From Bacillota bacterium (GTDB lineage: Bacteria; Bacillota; Sulfobacillia; DUMF01): a stretch of DNA of 64,000 nt. Positions 22,243 to 29,984 of this stretch are shown here, in pieces. A model generated the notes under the pieces. The model worked only from the letters and a program-made list of their open reading frames with translations. It made no database searches and had not been told where the DNA came from. The position numbers were made by a program, and so were the translations under genes. Where the stretch lies: assembly GCA_049718765.1 (NCBI GenBank), contig JBNARI010000001.1, positions 5,508-69,507 on the forward strand, in the 5' to 3' direction. Within the stretch, counting starts at the first letter, position 1, and every line of letters begins with the position of its first letter.

Positions 22243-22862
22243 TGGAGATCAGAGTGAACGCAACCCGCCAGGAGCTGACCCGGCTCAAGAAGCGGTTGCG
22301 CATGGCCAGGAGGGGGCACAAGCTCCTCAAGGACAAGCGCGACGAGCTCATGCGGGTTTTCCTGGACCTCATAAGGAAAAACAAGGAGCTACGTGAGAGC
22401 GTGGAAGCGAGACTCCAGTGCGCTTACGCCAGCTTCCTTGCAGCAAGGTCCACCATGGATCCCCAGGTGCTCCATGAAGCGCTCATGTCCACCAGTGCCC
22501 GCTTCGAGCTGAAGGTTGGACGCCGCACCATCATGAACGCCGATGTGCCGGTGTTCGAGGTGGCGCAGACTGGCAGCGTGTGGTCTTACGGATTTGCCGA
22601 GACTTCAGCGGAGCTCGATGCCGCTCTTGGCGAGTTCAATGCCATAATGCCCGACCTGATCAAGCTTGCAGAAGTGGAAAGGGCTGTGGAAGTGCTCGCC
22701 AATGAGATCGAGAAGACCCGCAGGCGCGTGAACGCGCTTGAGTACGTCTTGATCCCTGAGCTTGAGAACACCGTCAACGGGATCGAAATGAGGCTTGCTG
22801 AAATCGAACGTTCTAACGTGTCCAGGTTGATGAAAATCAAAGACATTGTGCGAGCTCACTGA
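22242..22862 (+). CDS. ntpD: V-type ATPase central-stalk subunit D
   Basis: TAATG overlap with subunit [20 protein letters not shown].. coiled-coil protein of 206 aa. Confidence 0.93.
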   Translation: MEIRVNATRQELTRLKKRLRMARRGHKLLKDKRDELMRVFLDLIRKNKELRESVEARLQCAYASFLAARSTMDPQVLHEALMSTSARFELKVGRRTIMNADVPVFEVAQTGSVWSYGFAETSAELDAALGEFNAIMPDLIKLAEVERAVEVLANEIEKTRRRVNALEYVLIPELENTVNGIEMRLAEIERSNVSRLMKIKDIVRAH

Positions 22863-22877
22863 AGCTTGCCTGCCAAA

Positions 22878-22917
22878 GCACCCTGTGGAAAAAGGACAAA
22901 AGGGTGCTTCTTTTTTG
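22878..22917 (+). terminator. Rho-independent terminator of the ATPase operon
   Basis: GCACCCT (22878-84) pairs with AGGGTGC (22901-07), followed by TTCTTTTTTG. Confidence 0.75.
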
Positions 22918-22991
22918 CTCATATCCCCAGTATACCGACGGTTTGGCCAAGGCAATCTAGCAGTGATGAGCGACTGCAGGAGGCTGCACTC

Positions 22992-24248
22992 ATGGATAAG
23001 CTTGTCATTTCGGGCGGAAAGTGCCTTTTCGGCATTGTGCGTGCCGACAGCGCCAAGAACGCTGTGCTCCCAGCCCTCGCAGCGGCCCTGCTCACCGAAG
23101 AACCATGTGTTATTGGCCCCGTACCTGTGCTCGATGACGTTACCACCATGTGCGAAGTGCTCACTTGCCTTGGCTCCAGTGTGCGGTGGGAGGCCAATAA
23201 CCTGGTGGTAAACGCTGCAGGCCTTGACCGATTCGAAGCTCCGTACGAGCTTGTTCGACGGATGAGGGCCTCCTTTTTGGTGGTTGGGCCGCTGTTGGCC
23301 CGGTTGGGCAAAGTGCGCGTGGCTATGCCAGGGGGCTGCGCCATAGGTTATAGGCCCGTGGACCTCCACTTGAAGGGTTTGCAGGCAATGGGTGCCAAGA
23401 TCTCCATGGGAAAGGGGTACGTGGAGCTCTCAGCCAGGCGTTTGGAAGGCACTGTGGTGTACTTGGATTACCCGAGCGTTGGCGCTACCGAAAACCTCAT
23501 GATGGCTGCGGCTCTTGCCAGGGAACGCACATACATCGAGAATGCTGCCCAGGAACCAGAAGTAGTGGACCTGGCCAATATGATCAACTCTATGGGCGGC
23601 AAAGTGAAGGGCGCTGGCACCAGCACCATAAGGGTTGAGGGAGTGCAGCGCCTTTCAGGGTGCAAGCACGCTGCAATTCCCGACAGGGCGGAGGCTGCAA
23701 CGTACATGATTGCTGCTGCCGCCACTGGCGGAGAGGTGCTGGTGAGCAACGTGATCCCTCAACACCTTCGGGCGGTGTCTGCAAAGCTTAGGGAGGCAGG
23801 GGTGATTATGGAAGAGGACGGGGACACCCTGAAGGTGGAATGCCACCGCAGGCCGCGAAGCGTGGACGTGAAGACCATGCCTTATCCTGGCTTTCCCACT
23901 GACCTGCAGGCACCCATCACCTCAATGCTTGCCATTGCTGACGGGACTGGCTTGGTGACCGAAACTGTGTTCGAAAGCAGGTTCGGGCATGTGGACGAGC
24001 TCAAGAGGATGGGCGCACAGCTCAAGGTTGAAGGCAGGTGCCTTGTGGTGAAGGGGGTGAAGCGCCTTGGCGGCGCACCTGTTCGCGCCACAGACCTCAG
24101 GGCAGGTGCTGCGCTGGTAATCGCTGGGCTCGTGGCTCAGGGAAAGACTGAGGTGACCGGGCTTGAGCACATCAACAGGGGGTACGCCAACCTGGTGGGC
24201 AAACTCAAGGCGCTTGGGGCTGACATACAGTTGGAAACTAGCCCATAA
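22992..24248 (+). CDS. murA: UDP-N-acetylglucosamine 1-carboxyvinyltransferase
   Basis: ATG 22992 lies 8 nt after AGGAGG. 418 aa. Active-site Cys region MPGGCAIGYRPVDLH. Confidence 0.97.
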   Translation: MDKLVISGGKCLFGIVRADSAKNAVLPALAAALLTEEPCVIGPVPVLDDVTTMCEVLTCLGSSVRWEANNLVVNAAGLDRFEAPYELVRRMRASFLVVGPLLARLGKVRVAMPGGCAIGYRPVDLHLKGLQAMGAKISMGKGYVELSARRLEGTVVYLDYPSVGATENLMMAAALARERTYIENAAQEPEVVDLANMINSMGGKVKGAGTSTIRVEGVQRLSGCKHAAIPDRAEAATYMIAAAATGGEVLVSNVIPQHLRAVSAKLREAGVIMEEDGDTLKVECHRRPRSVDVKTMPYPGFPTDLQAPITSMLAIADGTGLVTETVFESRFGHVDELKRMGAQLKVEGRCLVVKGVKRLGGAPVRATDLRAGAALVIAGLVAQGKTEVTGLEHINRGYANLVGKLKALGADIQLETSP

Positions 24249-24274
24249 GCTATTGAGTGGGCGAGGAGGGAACC

Positions 24275-25270
24275 ATGGGGCGGCTTTTGCTGAGTTTGGT
24301 GGCGTTTCTGTTTGGAAGCGTTGTGCTGTTGCCCAGCGCCATAGTGGGGCTGTGGGCGCAAACCATGGCTCCTGTGACGGACAAGGGCCCGGCGTTTCCC
24401 CTGGGTTCTCCAACCGTGAGGCTGTTGGTGCACTCCACGGGAGAGCTTGCCGAGCTGCCCCTGGAAGAGTACGTGTGCGGCGTAGTTGCTGCTGAAATGC
24501 CAGCCACCTTCGAGCCCCAGGCTTTGAGGGCTCAGGCGGTGATCGCTCGCACCTATGTGGTCAAGCGCATGAGGGTTTTCGGGGGCAAGGGCTGCGATGA
24601 GCACCCAGGTGCGGACATTTGCGATAACCCAGAGCACGCCCAGGCCTGGCTTTCCAAGGACGCGCTGAGGAAGGTGTGGGGTCCATTACAGTTCAAGGCG
24701 CTTTGGGACAAGGTAGAGCAGGCTGTGAAGGCTACGGAAGGGCTGGTGCTCACATACCAGGGAAAGCTCATTGATCCCCTTTACCACTCAACGTGCGCAG
24801 GCGGCACCGAGAACCCGGAGGAAGTGTGGGGCACCAGATACCCCTACTTGAAGAGCGTTCGCTGTGACTTCTGCGCTTCTTCCCCTCATTACCGTCCCCA
24901 AAAAGTGAGCTTTAAGCTGGCCGAGTTCATATCCAGGATTGGCGCGCCCCCTTCGGTGGCCGCCGCGGCCACTGGAGGAAGGCAGCTTTTCACCACTATT
25001 TCCACCTCCTCAGGCAGAGTGAAGGAAGTGGTTTCTGGCACCTTCCGCATTGCGGGTACAGAAGTGAGGAAGCTTTTGGGACTGAAGTCCACCAGGTTCT
25101 CCTTGAGCGTGACCGGGGATCAGGTATCCCTGGAAGTGAGGGGTAACGGTCACGGAGTGGGGCTTTGCCAGTGGGGTGCCAACGGCTTGGCGCTCAGGGG
25201 CCTGAGCTATCCCGAGATAATCGCTTACTACTTCGACGGCGTTGTGATCACCCACATGTTCCACGAATAA
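24275..25270 (+). CDS. spoIID: Stage II sporulation protein D (SpoIID/LytB domain)
   Basis: ATG 24275 follows GAGGAGGG. Signal anchor, then a SpoIID domain (ARTYVV.., LYHSTCAGGTE, GHGVGLCQWGA). Confidence 0.9.
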   Translation: MGRLLLSLVAFLFGSVVLLPSAIVGLWAQTMAPVTDKGPAFPLGSPTVRLLVHSTGELAELPLEEYVCGVVAAEMPATFEPQALRAQAVIARTYVVKRMRVFGGKGCDEHPGADICDNPEHAQAWLSKDALRKVWGPLQFKALWDKVEQAVKATEGLVLTYQGKLIDPLYHSTCAGGTENPEEVWGTRYPYLKSVRCDFCASSPHYRPQKVSFKLAEFISRIGAPPSVAAAATGGRQLFTTISTSSGRVKEVVSGTFRIAGTEVRKLLGLKSTRFSLSVTGDQVSLEVRGNGHGVGLCQWGANGLALRGLSYPEIIAYYFDGVVITHMFHE

Positions 25271-25314
25271 TAACCCGCCGACTGGCAACAATATCCTGCG
25301 GGGTGCAATCTTAA

Positions 25315-25974
25315 GTGGAGTGGACTACGAAGGTGAACAAGCTTCTTGTACTTGCAATAGTGCTGTTGGGCTTGACTGGCATCTACTTGCAGCTGGAAGG
25401 TGCGTCAGCAGAGACACCAGAGCGCGCGGTTGGGGAGCTGGCACATGAGCCTGCGGCCAGCGCCACTCCAGTGGTGGTGTCCAGGCCTGCGCCTGCTGCG
25501 GCCCAGGCTCCCCGGGCTTCCCAGCAAACAAAGAAAGCAGAACAGCCCCGTACAAGTACGCCCGCTCCCCCCCTTTTTCCCTTAGAGGGTGGAAAAGTGA
25601 GCCGTGGCAAGGGCTGGTACAAGTCTGACTTTTATAACGACTGGCGCTACCATCAGGGCGTGGACATAAGGCCGGGTAGCGGTGCTGGGGGCACCCTGGT
25701 ACGAGCCTGTGTGGAAGGGACTGTGGAGTGGGTAGGGACAGATGAGTTCTTCGGCACAACTGTGGTGGTGAGGGCGTCCGATGGCACCCAGTGGAAGTAT
25801 TCGGGCCTGAGTTCTTCCCAGGTTTCCAAGGGTGGCCGAGTGAGCAGGGGAGCAGTGCTTGGCACCATCAATGGGGCGCCTGCGGCGGAGCCCGAGTACC
25901 CCCATTTGCACCTGGAGGTGGTTGGGCCGAGACAAGAAGAGCTGGACCCGGCGTTAATCCTGGGGAGCGGCTGA
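25315..25974 (+). CDS. Membrane-anchored M23/LytM-domain protein, SpoIIQ-like by position
   Basis: N-terminal TM segment, low-complexity linker, then a LytM domain with HQGVD (HxxxD) and HLHLE (HxH). Lies between spoIID and spoIIID, as in clostridial spoIIQ loci. Confidence 0.7.
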   Translation: MEWTTKVNKLLVLAIVLLGLTGIYLQLEGASAETPERAVGELAHEPAASATPVVVSRPAPAAAQAPRASQQTKKAEQPRTSTPAPPLFPLEGGKVSRGKGWYKSDFYNDWRYHQGVDIRPGSGAGGTLVRACVEGTVEWVGTDEFFGTTVVVRASDGTQWKYSGLSSSQVSKGGRVSRGAVLGTINGAPAAEPEYPHLHLEVVGPRQEELDPALILGSG

Positions 25975-26011
25975 ACTCATTTTTGACGATTCCCGGAAAT
26001 ATACTGTAGCA

Positions 26012-26323
26012 GTGTTGGCTGCCTACCACCTGGCCGGGAAGGGGGTTCTCGGCTTGACCGACGCCATTTGGAGCAGGGTGCTGGAGATTGCCGGATACAT
26101 TAGCGCCCACAGTGCCACAGTGAGGGAAGCTGCCCGGATGTTCAGCATATCCAAGAGCACTGTGCACAAGGACATGACCGAGCGCTTACCCAAGATCAAC
26201 CCATTGCTTTACGCCCAGGTGAAGCAAATCCTGGAAAAGAACAAGGCAGAAAGGCACCTCAGGGGAGGCGAAGCTACGCGCCGGAAATACCTGTGCCTGC
26301 GCTCGGCGGCTTCTTCCCGCTGA
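26012..26323 (+). CDS. spoIIID: Stage III sporulation protein D (mother-cell transcription regulator)
   Basis: HTH FSISKSTVHKDMTERLPKINP and RHLRGGEATRRKY match my memory of SpoIIID. The real start may be TTG 26054. Confidence 0.88.
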   Translation: MLAAYHLAGKGVLGLTDAIWSRVLEIAGYISAHSATVREAARMFSISKSTVHKDMTERLPKINPLLYAQVKQILEKNKAERHLRGGEATRRKYLCLRSAASSR

Positions 26324-26585
26324 GGGCCTCGTAGAGCTTTTGGGCAATGCCAACGCCTCCGGCTTGCGACAGCGCCTGGCCCAGGGCTTCAAGGGCGAAC
26401 TGTTCCAGGAGAGGCCTGCTGGGCGTGTCCACGCCGGAGTCGCTGAGCAATTTGAACCTGGCTTGTTTGAGAAGCTCCACCAGGAACAGCGCCTCGAACT
26501 CCGAACAGGCTTTCCTCAGTTCTTGGTCTGAACTGGGGGTCTTGACACCAGGTACTTGGGTTGACTGCACCTGGGATACGTTCAC
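26274..26585 (-). CDS. Rod-binding (FlgJ N-terminal-like) protein without a hydrolase domain
   Basis: 103 aa. ACSEFEALFLVELLKQAR is the typical Rod_binding signature. Immediately follows flgG. Confidence 0.7.
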   Translation of the reverse strand: MNVSQVQSTQVPGVKTPSSDQELRKACSEFEALFLVELLKQARFKLLSDSGVDTPSRPLLEQFALEALGQALSQAGGVGIAQKLYEALSGKKPPSAGTGISGA

Positions 26586-26591
26586 TTGGGG

Positions 26592-27377
26592 TTACCTCCT
26601 CAGGTTGTTAGCGATCTCCAGCATTTGGTCGGAACTCTGCACCGCCTTGGAATTGAGCTCGTATGCCCTTTGTACGGTGATCATGCGCACCATTTCCTCG
26701 ATGACTGACACGTTGGACCTTTCCAGGAATCCCTGGAGCACGGAGCCGTACCCCGAGGAACCGGGGGTGCCTGAGGAAGCCTCCCCTGAAGCCTCAGACT
26801 CAACGTAGCAGTTGTTGCCCACCTGGAGCAACCCTTCGGGGTTGGCGAACCGGAAAAGCTTCAGCTGGTAGCTGGAACCGTCCCCAGCGGTGATCTCGCC
26901 GTCCATGGACACCTGCACTTGACCAGTGGCCTCTTTGTCCAAGAGCAGGCGGTTGCTGCCATCGTAGAGTACGTAGTAGCCCTCTTTGGTGACCAGGTAG
27001 CCTTCTCCGTCCACGTGGAATGAGCCGTCCCTGGTGTACGCCTTCCTCCCGTCGGGTAGCTTCACCGCGAAGAAACCTTCTCCCTGGATGGCCAGGTCCA
27101 GCGGCCTACCCGTGTTTTCCAGGTTACCCTGTTCGAACAAAGGGCCAACTGTGGTGGCGGTGACGCCAGTCCCCACAACTGTGCCTGCGCCTGCAGCGGG
27201 ATACTGCAATGTGCCCAGGCCGTTGTCCCCAAGTTTCTGGTACACCAGGTCCTTGAAATCCACCCTTGTCTTCTTGAAACCTGGAGTGTTCACATTGGCA
27301 AGGTTGTTGGCTATGGCGTCCATACTAACCTGCTGGGCAATCATGCCCGAAGCTGAAGTCCAAAGAGCCCTTATCAC
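26592..27377 (-). CDS. flgG: Flagellar basal-body rod protein FlgG
   Basis: GTG 27377 lies 8 nt after GGAGGA ((M)IRALWTSASGM). C-terminal VIEEMVRMITVQRAYELNSK motif. Confidence 0.9.
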   Translation of the reverse strand: MIRALWTSASGMIAQQVSMDAIANNLANVNTPGFKKTRVDFKDLVYQKLGDNGLGTLQYPAAGAGTVVGTGVTATTVGPLFEQGNLENTGRPLDLAIQGEGFFAVKLPDGRKAYTRDGSFHVDGEGYLVTKEGYYVLYDGSNRLLLDKEATGQVQVSMDGEITAGDGSSYQLKLFRFANPEGLLQVGNNCYVESEASGEASSGTPGSSGYGSVLQGFLERSNVSVIEEMVRMITVQRAYELNSKAVQSSDQMLEIANNLRR

Positions 27378-27415
27378 TGTGGGAGTCCTCCTCTCTTTCA
27401 CGTTGTTCCACCAAA

Positions 27416-28174
27416 TCATGCCCTACCCAGTTCGTTGACTACTTTGTCAAGGGTTTCGTCCTGAGCGTGAATTGCCCGCTGATTTGCTTCATACGCCCTC
27501 ATCACTGCAATCAGCTCCACCATTTCCTTCACTGGAGAAGTGTTGGAGCCTTCCAGGTAACCTGTGAGCACCTTGCTCTCCGTCTGCACAGGCGAGCCGC
27601 TACTGGCAGTTTCCACAACAGCGCCCCCTTCCACTTTCTGAAGGCCAGCGGGATTTGGAAACCGCACCAATCGTAGGCGAATGGAATGTCCCTGGTCGGT
27701 AACGATGTTGCCATACTCGTCGACCCGAAGCTCGGCCTCTTTGCCAACGCGAATTGGGGACCCCGTGGAGTCTTGCAGTCTTTCCCCAGAGGAAGTGACC
27801 AAGTAGCCAGAAGGGTCTACCCTGAGGGAGGCGGTGCGCAGGTACACGGTGGTGCTGCCTCGGGACGCAGCAATGTACGTGTTGGCTTCCACCAGGGCTA
27901 CATCCAGTTTCCTTCCAGTGGGCTGGAGAACCCCTCCAGAAAGGTCAGCGTACTCTCCTCCCACTACCACCCCAGTTGAGACAAGGCCAAGTGCCCCATG
28001 GTTCGGATTTGCGCTGCGGGTCTCATAGAGTTCCATTTGAGGGTAGCACTGAAGCAGCGCAAAGTCTCTCTTGAACCCAGGGGTTGTGGCGTTTGCCATG
28101 TTGTTGGCAGTCACTTCCTGCCTGAACATTTCCGCCCTCATGCCTGAAGCAGAGGTGTATATGCCCCTGATCAC
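27416..28174 (-). CDS. flgF: Flagellar basal-body rod protein (FlgF/FlhO-like)
   Basis: GTG start 5 nt after GGAGGGA. MIRGIYTSASGM..NNMANATTPGFKRD N-terminus and MVELIAVMRAYEANQR C-terminus. Confidence 0.85.
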   Translation of the reverse strand: MIRGIYTSASGMRAEMFRQEVTANNMANATTPGFKRDFALLQCYPQMELYETRSANPNHGALGLVSTGVVVGGEYADLSGGVLQPTGRKLDVALVEANTYIAASRGSTTVYLRTASLRVDPSGYLVTSSGERLQDSTGSPIRVGKEAELRVDEYGNIVTDQGHSIRLRLVRFPNPAGLQKVEGGAVVETASSGSPVQTESKVLTGYLEGSNTSPVKEMVELIAVMRAYEANQRAIHAQDETLDKVVNELGRA

Positions 28175-28191
28175 GGTGATCCCTCCATAAT

Positions 28192-28223
28192 AAAAAACCT
28201 TCCGACGGCAACGCGCCGGAAGG
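28192..28223 (-). terminator. Intrinsic terminator (riboswitch expression platform)
   Basis: Minus strand reads CCUUCCGGCG-cguugc-CGUCGGAAGG followed by UUUUUU. Ends 5 nt before the flgF SD. Confidence 0.8.
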
Positions 28224-28227
28224 TTTA

Positions 28228-28320
28228 GTCTTCGGCAGCCCGGCCGTCATAGCTCAACGCTTTAGACCCGTGGCTTTGCGTCGCCGTCTTTCGACGGTTT
28301 TGCCCTTTCGGACCCTTCCG
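28228..28320 (-). promoter_or_regulatory. c-di-GMP-I (GEMM-I) riboswitch aptamer
   Basis: Minus strand: GGGCAAAACC, hairpin CCGUC-GAAA-GACGG, GACGCAAAGCC-ACGGGUCUAAAG ... CUAUGAC-GGCCGGGCUGCC. This matches the conserved GEMM-I blocks, including a GNRA loop and a receptor-like UCUAAAG/CUAUGA pair. Confidence 0.82.
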
Positions 28321-28360
28321 TATGTACGATTCTCCACGAATTCGGGAATTCCTTCTTACG

Positions 28361-29389
28361 TCATGCCAGCCTGCTTAGAACAGTTACGTGGTCTTCTTGA
28401 ACGTTTGGGAACTCCAGAGCCCGACCGCAGCCCAGCGCAACGGCTGCTACTGGGTCCTGGAACCTGGTCACGCGCAGGCCGGTCCTTTGGGAGAGGAGCT
28501 CGTCCAAGCCATGGAGCAGGCTTCCACCTCCCGTCAAGGTGACCCCCGAATCGATTATGTCAGCGCACAGTTCGGGAGGCGTGGCTTCAAGCATTTCCAC
28601 AACACCGCGGCAAATCTCCTCCAGCTCTGGCTGGATTGCCCTGCGTATTGCCTCGCTGGTGAGCTGCACGTTCTTGGGCAACCCAGATACCAGGTCGCGG
28701 CCCCTCACCTCGTACTCGTCGTCTCTGCCTGGCACCGCAGTGCCAATATTGATCTTGGCTTCTTCCGCCGAGCGTTCGCCAATTAACACATTGTATTCCC
28801 GCTTCACCATTTGAACGATGGCCTCGTCGAAGGCATCTCCTGCCACGCGGATGGACTTTGACACCACAATGCCTCCAAGGGATATCACTGCCATCTCGGT
28901 GGTACCCCCGCCGATGTCCACCACCATGTGGCCCTTGGGCTTAGCGATGTCCAATCCTGCACCCAGGGCTGCAGCCAAAGGTTCGTACAGTACCGTTGCC
29001 CGGCCAGCGCCCGCCTGCTTGGCGGCCTCGACTACAGCACGCTTCTCCACAGAGGTGGCGCCTGACGGCACTGAAATCACCACGTCGGGCTTGAAGATGC
29101 CCCGCGTGGTTATGCTCAGGAAATGCCTGAGCATGGCCTCTGTGATGTCGTACTCAGCAATAACCCCGTTTCTTAGGGGCCTGATTGCACTGATGTTTCC
29201 AGGGGTCTTCCCAAGCATCCTGCTGGCTTCGTCGCCCACCGCGAGTACCTTGTTTGTGGTAAGGTCCACTGCGACTACCGATGGCTGCTTGAGCACGATC
29301 CCTTTGCCTTGCACGTACACCAGCACTGTAGCAGTACCCAGGTCCACTCCAATTCCCACGCGCACGTGCGTTCCCCCAACCAGCTCCAT
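28361..29389 (-). CDS. mbl: Rod-shape-determining actin homologue MreB/Mbl
   Basis: GIGVDLGTATVLVY, DIGGGTTE and other actin-fold motifs. ATG 29389 has no SD, so GTG 29365 (6 nt after GGGGGA) is an alternative start. Confidence 0.93.
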   Translation of the reverse strand: MELVGGTHVRVGIGVDLGTATVLVYVQGKGIVLKQPSVVAVDLTTNKVLAVGDEASRMLGKTPGNISAIRPLRNGVIAEYDITEAMLRHFLSITTRGIFKPDVVISVPSGATSVEKRAVVEAAKQAGAGRATVLYEPLAAALGAGLDIAKPKGHMVVDIGGGTTEMAVISLGGIVVSKSIRVAGDAFDEAIVQMVKREYNVLIGERSAEEAKINIGTAVPGRDDEYEVRGRDLVSGLPKNVQLTSEAIRRAIQPELEEICRGVVEMLEATPPELCADIIDSGVTLTGGGSLLHGLDELLSQRTGLRVTRFQDPVAAVALGCGRALEFPNVQEDHVTVLSRLA

Positions 29390-29414
29390 GATTTTGGTAT
29401 TGTGAATTTCTAGT

Positions 29415-29984
29415 TCAGTTCCGTTTTTCCTGCCTACATAACATAAGCCACTGTATGAGAATAAACCCGCCAAGGCATATTGCCACGTCCCCAGGGCTTA
29501 CTACCACTGGCTGCAAGAATGGCAATGGCACTGGGATCACGTCCCCCAGGAAAGCAAGCCTGGTTGCCCTGTTAGCCAGCTGGTGGGTGAAGCTGGTGCC
29601 CTGTGCCAGCAGCTGGTACTCGGGAATCTTGTCCAGGCCCACTGAAGCCAGGGCGGTGGGAGAAATGGGCATTCTACCCCCATTCACGAAGATCACCCAT
29701 GCGTTTGAGAACACCCCAATCAATACCCAAGAAAAGCCAGGCAAATTCTCCAGGTTGGCCGCACAAACCAGGATCAACATGCCGTGGGACAAGAGGTTCA
29801 GGACCATGGCTGTGGTGTGGCTGAGCAAGTTACTACCTGCAAGATAATGGAGGGCCAGACGAAGGGCCACTGCAGTTGCCAGCGCCCACCAGTGCCTTAT
29901 TGACAAGCTTGCCAGGCGACTCAGCTTGCCACCTCTGATTAGAGCCACAAAAATCGAAACAATAAGTGTTAAGAAGAAAACCAA
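29415..29984 (-). CDS. Small polytopic membrane protein (DUF5317-like by recollection)
   Basis: TTG start 7 nt after AGGAGGAG. 189 aa with about 5 TM segments and a C-terminal VVSPGDVAI motif. Family assignment is unverified. Confidence 0.6.
   Translation of the reverse strand: MVFFLTLIVSIFVALIRGGKLSRLASLSIRHWWALATAVALRLALHYLAGSNLLSHTTAMVLNLLSHGMLILVCAANLENLPGFSWVLIGVFSNAWVIFVNGGRMPISPTALASVGLDKIPEYQLLAQGTSFTHQLANRATRLAFLGDVIPVPLPFLQPVVVSPGDVAICLGGFILIQWLMLCRQEKRN

Noticed and set aside
28338-28351. GAATTCGGGAATTC (two adjacent EcoRI-like hexamers) just downstream of the mbl stop.
   Set aside because: Short and unremarkable. It lies 5' of the riboswitch aptamer and is not needed for any predicted helix.
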